Assembly: GCA_020137815.1 (NCBI GenBank)
Contig: CM035354.1
Coordinates: 7,998,001-8,062,000 of the forward strand
Source: Hormiphora californensis
Lineage: Eukaryota; Animalia; Ctenophora
Length of the DNA: 64,000 bases
Reading direction: 5' to 3'
Numbering within the stretch: the first letter of the stretch is position 1; the number at the start of each line of letters is the position of its first letter. The notes under the pieces are model-generated. The model worked only from the letters and a program-made list of their open reading frames with translations, made no database searches and was not told where the DNA came from. Of this stretch, positions 1 through 16,800 are shown in pieces. A program made the translations under genes and the position numbers.

Positions 1-279
1 ACATTAAATGCAAAGTTGGTGGCTATTGAATGCTCACAACATGTGTCCACGCTGTTATTTTAGCTGCATGCAGAGAGTTATGTTGTGATGGAATGTATCA
101 GAAATAATGTTCTAAGAGAAGCGCTGCGAGTTGGATGAATATATGCAATTTAAATGATATGGGAGTGTGACCCAAAGAAGGTCAATTGGACCACGAGACT
201 GAGCGTTATCTTTGAAATATGAGAAGAGAACTACAAACTTTTCTTGCAAAACCGGGCTTACTTTGACGCGTTTGTTTTA

Positions 280-5968
<5,689 letters not shown>

Positions 5969-6914
5969 TACGACATCTAAAAGCTGCTAACTGAAGATTA
6001 AGGTTAATAAAACTTCAAAAGGAAAATTGTTGGATATAATATTTAATCTTGTCCAAAAAAGAGTTCCGTATTGGTTCGTTTTTAGTGGATTAGTACCCTT
6101 TAAGACAAAACAGCCGGCAAAAGAAACTAAAACTGCTCACTCACAAGTCACAATACATTCATGTTGCAGGCATTAATGATGGGTAGCAAGCACAACAAGG
6201 TCGTAGTTGGTTCATCATGATTTAGAGCTTGATGGTCACGAAGTCGACAGAAAATTGGGCCAAAATAGGTAGCATTCATTCATGTAAAACTTTCTCCCCA
6301 TTTGCACTGGCATTCGATACAGTCCTTCGCATGCAGGTTTGCAGGCGTTCCATACTCTTCGAATGCAGCACTTGTCAACAGTTTCACGAAACACAACGAC
6401 TTTGACGAAACAGCAAGGACTTTGACCCCTTTTTTGAACTTAAAAAAGAAAAGTTAAAAAATTTGAAAAATCAAAAGTTCTTTCTTTTTTAGTGCCGCGC
6501 GCGAACGCGCATCATAAGTGTGCAGCGGTTAAACCGTTTTATTGGGCGCGGCTTCAAAATGTATGTAACGCGCGAAGGGATGGACCTAAAAAAATTTCTG
6601 ACAGAACTTTTTGAAGTTTTACAGAACATTTTTTGAATCTTGTTTTTCTGTCCTTTAAAGCAGGCTTGAGCCCTGGCCCCTGATATCACCCTAATTGCCT
6701 TCTTAAACTATATTTTATCTCACTCAATCGATACACTTAATTCTAAATAACTTTTTCAACTAGTGACGGCGGTCAGGGCGTGTCAACTCTTCCGGCGGAT
6801 AACCCTCCCAACAACTTCATCCCTAATTAGGTAGTTTGACAACAAATCAACCCAACCTTAGACGAGATGTTGTTCCCTTAACATTATGAACTCTTTTTTA
6901 GATATCAGTCCAGC
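5969..6914. promoter_or_regulatory. Divergent intergenic region between MAPKAPK2 and KARS (possible bidirectional promoter)
   Basis: The two start codons are about 950 bp apart, head to head. No specific motif was identified. Confidence 0.4.
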
Positions 6915-9900
6915 ATGTCTGAGGGAGGAGAAAAACTTAGCAAGAATGAGCTGAAGCGACGTGCCAAGCTTGAACAGAAAGCTAAGGAAAAGGCTGCTAA
7001 AGATGCGGTAAAAGCCCAGGAAGCTGCTGCTAAGGGGCCTGCTGCTAAGAAGATTGTGAAAGAGGAGGAACCCCTGGATCCTGGAAAGTACCATGAGCAC
7101 CGGTGCAAAACCATCATGGGGTACAAAGAGGCAGGAGAGACACCTTATCCTCACAAGTTCAAAGTTACAGTTTCTCTAACTGAGTTCATTGAGAAGTACA
7201 GTGGGGTTGCTGATGGTACACATTCTGATGAAGTTGTCTCCGTGGCAGGCAGGGTCCACTCGATTCGAGAATCTGGCGCCAAACTGAAGTAAGGATTAGT
7301 TCTACTGTAAGGAGCGATTCTTCACTTCTCATTCATACTAACCACTAACTAATTTCCTTCTCCAGGTTCTACGATCTCCGTGGGGAAGGCCTCAAGATCC
7401 AAGTGATGGCAAACGCGTCCTTTGCCGAACAAGACTTCGATGCGGTCCACTCTCGGGTTCATCGTGGAGATATCATCGGATGTGTTGGGTTCCCTGGTAA
7501 AACTAAGAAGGGAGAACTAAGCATCATCCCAAAGGAGGTTCACATCCTCACACCGTGTCTCCACATGTTGCCTACCCTTCACTACGGGTTCAAGGACAAA
7601 GAAACTCGGTTCAGGCAACGATACCTGGATCTGATCATGAACGAGGACGTGAGACAGCGGTTCTATACCCGATCTAAAATCATCAACTATGTCCGAAGGT
7701 TCCTGGATAACCTTGGTTTCTTGGAGGTTGAGACTCCCATGATGAATATTGTGGCAGGAGGAGCGACCGCTAAACCCTTTGTTACCCACCACAACGACCT
7801 TGATATTGACATGTTTATGAGGGTAGCTCCTGAGCTGTATCTTAAAATGCTGGTGGTAGGAGGTCTGGATAGGGTCTACGAGATTGGCAGGAATTTCAGG
7901 AATGAGGGTATTGATATGACACATAACCCTGAGTTTACCTCTATGGAGTTTTACATGGCGTATGCAGATTATAATGATCTCATGGAGATAGCTGAGCAGA
8001 TGATATCTGGTTTAGCACTAGCAATTACTGGAAGTTACAAGGTCAAATACACTCCAATGGGTGCAGATGAGCCAATTACAGTGGACTACACTCCCCCCTT
8101 CAAGTTAGTGTTAACTTTTTAATTTGATGGTAATCAAAGGGATCAAAGGTTGTTTTTGAAAAGTTGATCACTTTTCAGAAAGTTTGACTGTTCTGAATAA
8201 ATATATTTTCCTTTTGTCCATTGCTCTGTAGTTTAACCATTTCAGGCGTATCCCCATGATCCCAGAGCTTGAGAAGTTACTAGAGGTGAAGTTCCCCTGT
8301 GCGACCACCTTCAAGGAGGAATCCAGCAGGCAGTTCCTTGATGATCTGTGTGTGAAACATGAGATTGATTGTTCAGCACCACGTACCTCTGCTCGTCTCC
8401 TCGACAAAATGGTATGTAATACTAAAAAGTGTTACCTATCTTAATAGTATCATGTGAGATCTCCAATTAATTAATGGTCGATTAGTGGAAACATAAATCA
8501 TAATTCACAATGTGGTTCTCCGTTTTTCTACATTTGGAGTGCTTGTTATGTGCCATAACGTCGCGTCGTTGCCATGGGCTTGTTAGAGTTGGATTGCTTG
8601 CAAACAGATCTTTTGGCATCAACTTTGCAGCATTTCTCACTCCCACCCGTTCCCACCACTGTTCAATATTCCTCTGCAGTCTGCTGCTTTTACCCAGCTT
8701 ACTTTTTATCTCGCACATAAGGCTTTCTCGTTCCTTCTTTCTGGTTGTAGTGCAGATAATGACAGTTGATGGTGACAGTTGATAGTGCAGGTTACATGTA
8801 ACCTCAAACCTGCATCATCAACTACCACTATGATCATCCGATCATGCCGAGATAAGAACTACCTGTACCTGCATTATCAACTGTCACCTGCACTATCATA
8901 GTGACAGTTGATAGTGCAGGTGACAGTTGATAATGCAGGTACAGGTAGTAGTTCTTATCTCGGCATGATCGGATGATCCTTTTCACGCGATTTGGGAGAG
9001 ATATATAACGGAGATGCATCTTCCATTTCCAGTATTCAGTTCATTATTCATATATTGTATTTGCTGTATATCCACATCCCCCTGAGATCGCCTTGTCGAT
9101 TGGTAGCCATTGAACCCTCTCCTTTACACCAGTTGCTACTTGTACCATTCTGACAAGTGACAGTATGATATTGCACTCCAGACTGGAGTCTCCAGTATGG
9201 TATTGTTCCACAGGTGTGCACAGTGCACACCTGTTCGTGTGGTATTGTCTTTGTTTCACCACTCCCTTGTGCCCTGGTCATGTCGTGTATTTCTATTCTG
9301 TTTTGTATCTCGTTTTGTGTACTTCTATCTTTCTGTATTGTTTATGTGTCCAGAGCAGGACAGTTCTACACACATTCCCCTAATACCCACTTCTTACCCA
9401 GGTTGGGGATCTGATCGAGGTGCAGTGTATCAATCCTACCTTTATCATCGAACAGCCCCAGATAATGTGCCCACTAGCTAAATACCACCGCTCTACACCG
9501 GGACTAACAGAGAGATTCGAGATGTTCGTTGCTACCAAGGTAACCATGGTTATCACATGACCTTATATGGGGTTATCACGTGATTTAGTTACGTGGTATA
9601 GTCACGTGGTATAGAATAGTACATGCTAAAAGGTCTGACGTGAAAATTAGTTACGATCTTTATATTCTTCAATTCTCTTTAGTTCGATTTGTGCTCTTTG
9701 TCCTTTCTCTCTCTGTGTCACTCCGTTCTACTCACAACTCTATTTCAGGAAATTGTCAATGCCTACACTGAGTTGAATGATCCGTTTGTACAGCGTGCCC
9801 AGTTTGAAACCCAGGCTGAAGCTAAGGCAGCTGGAGATGATGAGGCTCAGCTGATCGACGAGAATTTCTGTACCTCCCTGGAGTACGGCCTCCCTCCCAC

Positions 9901-10045
9901 TGCTGGATTTGGTATGGGAATAGACCGGTTAGTTATGTTCCTGACTGATTCCTACAACATCAAGGAAGTGCTGCTGTTCCCTGCCATGAAACCTGAGGAA
10001 CAGAAGGATGTGAAGGAGGATACCACCGCAACACCATCATCTTAG
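6915..10045 (+). CDS. KARS1: Lysine--tRNA ligase (class II), about 570 aa, 5 exons
   Basis: Exons 6915-7288, 7366-8103, 8246-8411, 9402-9539 and 9749-10045 (1713 nt, in frame). Motifs: [71 protein letters not shown]. Confidence 0.97.
8832..8979. repeat. ~150-bp intronic hairpin built from TGACAGTTGATAGTGCAGG-like units
   Basis: GATCATCCGATCATGCCGAGATAAGAACTAC... at 8832 is the reverse complement of ...GTAGTTCTTATCTCGGCATGATCGGATGATC ending at 8979. Confidence 0.85.
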
Positions 10046-10193
10046 TTTCATTCTGTTTATTTTAGTTATTTATTGGGTTTTTTACAGCTCGTTTGAAGAG
10101 TGATATTTGACTCCGAACCTTTCAATTTAACTTTGTTTTAACACCAGACTATCTCTTGCTAACTTCTAATTCGTCTTCATAGACTGTAGCAGA

Positions 10194-12856
10194 ATGTTAT
10201 CCTTGTTTGTATGGAAAGTGATATCAACACTGGCCCTAACTGGCAGTGTCTACCTGTTTGGACTTGCTCCCCTGCTCCTAGGTAACTCTGTGTCTAGAGC
10301 ACAGGTCAGCCTTCTATCAGCATGCAGTGGGGGTATGCTCCTGGGGACTACTTTCATACACCTCTTTCCCGAGGTATGTAATTATTATCATTATGCTATG
10401 ATTATTGCACTTTCATTTATAAATTACTGCATCCCAAGGCCAAGATATCTCCTGAGATTTACTTGCTCTATTACTAGTGACTTCAACTCTAGTTGATCGT
10501 ATTCCAGTTGTATGGAACCCCTAATCACCTTCCCTCCCCCCACAGGTGGCGGAGGAGGCAGATAGTTTCAGGTGTAATGTTGGTATAAAATCAGCATACC
10601 CAGTGGGAGAACTACTGATTTGTGCAGGCCTCATATCTGTAATGATAATTGAACAGTTTGTTCATGAGTATAGTTAGGCAGTACTAATGATGAAAGGGCC
10701 AAATCTTGGACAAAATTTGTAACAGGCTAATTTCTTCACCAACCGGCTCAGATGGGTGTCTAGTAATGCCAAAAAAAAATCAATGATGATCGGGAGCGCG
10801 CACGCTCCGTAGCGCGCAAAAATGTTTCACGTGCATTTCTAGCTTAGAACAAAAAATGAAAACCAACTTAGGAAAGGAGTAGAGACAAATCTGAGGGCAC
10901 TAAAATGTGTGGCGTCCTCGCATTAGTGGGGGTAGGTGCCGGAATTAAGTCTCTATCTCATCTGGTTAATTAGATAATTGGATAATTAGGTTTGTGCATA
11001 ACCGTTTTTTGGCTATACGGCTATAGCCACTTAGGAATGGTTTAGAGACTTTTCACTGGTGCCATTTTGTTCAGAACAAAATTTTAATCTAAGAGTTGTG
11101 GAAAAATTTAGGGCCTATCTCTTACCGTTTAGGCGTAATTTGCGCTGAAGGGATGCCAAATTAGTCGAAAATGCGAAAAAATGAGTTAATTGGCTTCCTT
11201 TCACCGCAAATTACGCCTAAACGGTAAGAGATAGGCCCTAAATTTTTCCACAACTCTTAGATTAAAATTTTGTTCTGAACAAAATGGCACCAGTGAAAAG
11301 TCTCTAAACCATTCCTAAGTGGCTATAGCCGTATAGCCAAAAAACGGTTATACGCAAACCTAATTATCCAATTATCTAATTAACCAGATGAGATAGAGAC
11401 TTAATTCCGGCACCTACCCCCACTAATGCGAGGACGCTGATCACTTTGGTGCCCTTGGTTTTGTCTCTACTCCTTTCCTAAGTTGGTTTTCATTTTTTGT
11501 TCTAAGCTAGAAATGCACGTGAAGCATTTTCGCGCGCTACGGAGCGTGCGCGCTCCCGATCATCATTGATTTTTTTTTGGCATTACTAGACACCCATCTG
11601 AGCCAGTTGGTGAAGAAATTAGCTTGTTACAAATTTTGTCCAAGATTTTCACCAATACTCCCTAACTAGTACGAGAATGTTCTTCACGGTAAGAGTACTT
11701 TGTTTTGAGCATTCAAACTGATAAAATCAAAGTGGATCATTTTCATTGCTCGATTGAAACAACTATGATCACCTACCCCTCACCTTCTCTCACTCTTCCC
11801 AGGTGGAGGAGAGAGACAGAAGCGGTTGTGTATAGAGGAAGATGATGATGAGGAGGGTGAGGGTGTATCTCTGATGGTGAAGGGAGATAAGGGACATGGG
11901 GGACACAGTCATGACGGGGGACATGATCACGCTGCACACTTTGTGGTTAGTGTTGGGAATTTAGGAAACATTCTTCACCTTATTGGCTAACAGCCATTAT
12001 GTGTCTCTCTTCATTAATGTAATTCAACTATGTATGATGTAAATATGGTGTTTCAGTGTGACTTTTCATCATTTATCCAATATTTTATTTAATTCAGTGT
12101 TGTTTCAGCCCGGCCATGCCGGTGGTTGGAGTGCCTATGTACTGGTTATGGCACTCTCTATCCACTCTGTACTGGAGGGAGTGGCTATTGGGGTGTCAGG
12201 GAACGTAGAAGAGCTAATCACACTTTTTATCTCCATCATTGTGCACGAGGTAACTATACTGGTGCAGTTTGCAGGGGGGAGGGTTGGATATTGTTCGCTT
12301 GGTGATGTGAAAATATTACTCTGTCCAGATGTGCATTCCGCAGTCGATTATCGAACAACGGTCTATTGTAGACTTGCTAATAATCCCCATTTCCCCACAG
12401 GTTTGCCTGGCCTTTACTCTGGGACTAAAACTGTTCACTGAGGGCCATACAACAACACAGTTTCTAGTTTCTCTAACCTGTTTTGTCATGTCCTGTCCTA
12501 TTGGGATTATATCTGGAGCCCTTGTCATCAAATACCTATCTAGTACCACACTAGCTAACACTGTATTCGTCCTCAAGGCTCTTGCAACAGGTATATACAC
12601 TACACTCTTTGGGCTTGTTGGAATTTTATTGTGCCCCCCTCCCCCCTTATTTTTTTGTTCTTTTATCTAAAACTCCCTCTCTCTCCCAGGAACTTTCGTT
12701 CAAGTGACATTTTTCGAGATCTTGGCCCCTGAATTTGCTGAGCGGTATGCCAACCAACTACACAAGATGGCTGCGGTTATTCTAGGATTTCTCCTCATCT
12801 CTCTCACGATGTATCTACTACACGACATTCCAATGGGTGATTTTTGTAAGGTGTGA
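10194..12856 (+). CDS. ZIP (SLC39A1/2/3-like) zinc transporter, about 315 aa, 6 exons
   Basis: Exons 10194-10373, 10546-10672, 11803-11945, 12109-12249, 12401-12590 and 12690-12856 (948 nt). Motifs: SGGMLLGTTFIHLFPE, His-rich loop GHGGHSHDGGHDH, ALSIHSVLEGVAIG, IIVHE, ALATGTF..VTFFEIL. The extreme C-terminus is uncertain. Confidence 0.9.
10677..11662. mobile_element. ~985-bp foldback/palindromic MITE, TA flanks, in ZIP intron 2
   Basis: Arms of about 450-480 bp are near-perfect reverse complements (AAATCTTGGACAAAATTTGTAAC at ~10701 versus GTTACAAATTTTGTCCAAGATTT at ~11626), with a short loop near 11150-11200. Confidence 0.9.
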
Positions 12857-13803
12857 TGTTTATATGAAGATTTATAAGTTGCTCTATTTCACAGATCACT
12901 TGTTAATGGACACGGCACATGAATTTCAAAACTCTTCACTAAAAATCAGAATGATCAAAATTTTAAAAGTTGTGTATGTAAAGTTTGTTGTATTTGTTTA
13001 TTTATTTCTGTCACCAATATTATTACAAATATCATTATTATTCTAATTTACAGTTTTCCAGTTCACCTGGCTAAAAACTAAGTCGTTTCTCTTTGATTTT
13101 CTACCCACCAAGATCATTTTAATTGAGCCAAGACTATTTGCCAATGTATTTAATTGTCAAACCCCAAATCTGGTACAATCATGCAAAATGCTTGGTAATC
13201 ATTCTTCATACGTGGTTCGGGGTGTATTTCAACATTCGCCAGAACAGGAGGGCGCCAAAAACGCTTCTTTTCTTACATTGAAAGCACATCACTTCAGCAT
13301 TCATTGTGCGCGCCACCGCCACTCCCCAATCGGTATCAGAGTCGATGTAGGGAGGTTGTATGGGGTGGCGCGTTCCGGAAGGCTGTTTCCGGTTTGAATG
13401 TTTCTCAACTTAATTGTTAAAAAACATGGTACGAGCACTCCATTATCCGGCTTTTTTGTCCCAATCCCCACAACTTGTAGAGCAAGTTGTGTAAGGGTTG
13501 TCATCACCCTTGCTCATATATTTCATGTACAATTGAAACACATTTCATAACTTGACCTAAACATTAACAATTGGATGCTCATTTGATTAGTTTGAGAAAG
13601 GTGAGAAATCCTTAAAATATGATACATCAATCACAGAGAATCACAAAACATCATGATATTGGTGAATGCAGAGACACCTGGCCCAGGCCACTTGGGCCAT
13701 TCTCAAAACGAATGTCCCTCATGGTTCATACAGAGTGTCCCTATTCCATCCCAGGACAATCTTCCCTCGTCAAGCCAGCTAGACGAGAGTAGTTGTGGCA
13801 ACT

Positions 13804-16800
13804 CTATACCTTGGACACTTCGTCAAGATAGGCAGCGAACAGTTTGTGCTGAAATGGAGATAACGTTTAGACTTTGAAATTGATTTGGTGTAGAAACAAC
13901 TGAATAAAGAGGAAACTTGTGGTTTAATTTCTATCTACCACTGCTCAGAGTATAACACTCACCCCCTCAATGTAATTCCTAATGTTGATTTTCTCGTTCT
14001 GAGAGTGAGCACCATCGTCCCCTGCACCCATCGGTAACAACATTACACTTTTTCCTGCAATGGGGGTATTGGTTGAAATAATGTGGAAGAATCTCACAGA
14101 GATTTATCGAGTCATAAATATCTAAATTCCCTAAATAATGGCCCACTCGAGAGTGATCTTACCAGTTGTTTTCTGGAAGGTCAATGTCACGGGAATACTG
14201 CCCCCTTCTCGGGTTAGATCCGGCTCAACTCCGTACACTGAAAAACGTAGTTTGTAATACTATGTAGTGGTGATCAAGGATAGAAATTACAGAGAATAAT
14301 ATTCTGAATATATGTATATCGATCCACCAGTTCACGGCCCGGAAAGAGAAATTATTGCTGTTCTAATTCTGTCAGAATTTCAATGATTTTTGTTGTGTGG
14401 CTCATATTGTTTCTGTATGGCGGCGCCATACCCCATTTGATTCTCAGTGCGCTCAGATGGGTCGCGGCGCCAGACAGTATTGTTTCGAAATGCCATCTCC
14501 TACAGTCATGATTTTCATACTAACCCATTTTAGTGGCCTTCCTTCCAGCGACATATTGGGGGTCATTGAAGTCAGTTACCCACCAGTTTCCACCATGTTC
14601 CATTTTAACTGAACACTTGTTAGGGGAGCCTAGCTCAGCAAACACCTTTTTCACGTAGTCACATGTGTCTTTCTCAACCTGGCAGGGATTTAAATTGTGA
14701 TTTGGTTGACGACTAAATGCAGGGCAAACTTCGTTCCCCTTCTACCTTGGCATTACTAAAAAGTTGCCTTGCTCGACCCTCTCTCTAAGGAGTTCAAGGA
14801 CTTGCACTGTGTACAGTAGTTACACCTCCCAAAATCCAAATACAAAATATGGGAGGAGGAATATACCCACGCTCATACTTGCAACAGGTTGTGGGAAGAA
14901 CTAGAGCTACCAGTAAGCCCATTAGACAAAACAACAAAAGAAACTCTTAGGAAAGACTATGAGACAACAATAGACTGGGAAACAGGGACACTAGACGTAG
15001 AGGACAAAAATGCACTAACGGTATACACAGATGGATCAAAAAACGAAGCTAACCAAACGGGGCTAGGAGCACACTCAAAATCTACGGAGCTTACACAGGG
15101 AATCGATATCTCAGAAAGACTACCAAGTTACTGCACAGTCTTCCAAGCCGAAGTAACAGCGATAAAAAGAGCAGCAGAGGCACTTAACAATAATGGGATA
15201 CAAAACCAACACATCCACATCAGATCAGACTCAGCCGCCAGCATAAGCGCACTAAGTAAACAGACCTCAGATTCCTTAACAATTAAAGAATGCAACGCGG
15301 AACTCAACCAACTAGCACAAAACAATACGGTGAAAATAAAATGGGTCAAAGCGGGGGGGTTCCAACCTATTTTTTTGTATTTTTTTGTATTTTTTCGTAC
15401 GGACCATACATAAAAGTATCCAAAATTCCTGTTTTTTTCCATACAAACAATACAAAAAAGTACAAAAAAATACAAAAAAATAATGAAGGATGTGGGTGCG
15501 TGAAAAAAGTATAAATAATACATAGATACATGAACATAAACCCAGCTATACATAAACGGTAAGAAATTGCGATTCGGGGAAATTTCTCGCTTAGAAAATA
15601 CGATTCGAGAAAATTTTCTCGGTAAGAAATTGCGATTTGGAGAAATTTCTCGCTTAGAAAATACGATTCGAGAAAATTTTCTCGGTAAGAAATTGCGATT
15701 TGGAGAAATTTCTCGCTTAGAAAATACGATTCGAGAAAATTTTCTCGGTAAGAAATTGCGATTCGAGGAAATTTCTCGCTTAGAAAATACGATTCGAGAA
15801 AATTTTCTCGGTAAGAAATTGCGATTCGGGGAAATTTCTCGCTTAGAAAATACGATTCGGGAAAATTTTCTCGGTAAGAAATTGCGATTCGGGGAAATTT
15901 CTCGCTTAGAAAATACGATTCGAGAAAATTTTCTCGGTAAGAAATTGCGATTCGGGGAAATTTCTCGCTTAGAAAATACGATTCGAGAAAATTTTCTCGG
16001 TAAGAAATTGCGATTCGAGGAAACTTCTCGCTTAGAAAATACGATTCGAGAAAATTTTCTCGGTAAGAAATTGCGATTCGGGGAAATTTCTCGCTTAGTT
16101 AATACGATTCGGGAAAATTTTCTCGGTAAGAAATTGCGATTCGGGGAAATTTCTCGCTTAGAAAATACGATTAGAGAAAATTTTCTCGGTAAGAAATTGC
16201 GATTCGGGGAAATTTCTCGCTTAGAAAATACGATTCGAGAAAATTTTCTCGGTAAGAAATTGCGATTCGGGGAAATTTCTCTCGCGATTTTGGCATGCTA
16301 CATATGTAAAATATCTATATATTTTGTGCTAAATTGCGTGAAATAGCGTGGAAGAATGTTTAAAAACAGTAAAAGTTCGAACAATAATGGTAAATTACCA
16401 TATAAAACTGTTTTTATTTTTTTGTATTTTTTTGTACTTTTTTGTATTTTTTTGTATTTTTTTGTATTTTTTTGTTTGAGGAAACCCGTGTTTTTTTCCG
16501 TACAAACGTACACGAAATAGGTTGGAACCCCCCCCGTCAAAGCACATATCGGCATCCAAGGTAACGAGACAGCTGACCAACTCGCCAAAGAAGGATGCAG
16601 CAAACCAATCAATGAAACCAGACAAATACCAATCCCACACAGCTACATTAAAAATTCCACGACGAAAATAGCCAAAACAAAAACCATGAATCAATTTCTA
16701 GCAAATGGAGGGAAGCACACAAGGAATATAGTAACTAGTGAATCAACATGGAACTCACTAACAAAAAAGATGGCACTGTACGACAACAGCTACCTCAAGA

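Noticed and set aside
15567-16346. 259-aa repeat ORF, or a CRISPR-like array
   Set aside because: It is a 63-bp tandem repeat inside a MITE, with no unique spacers, no cas genes and a non-ATG start.
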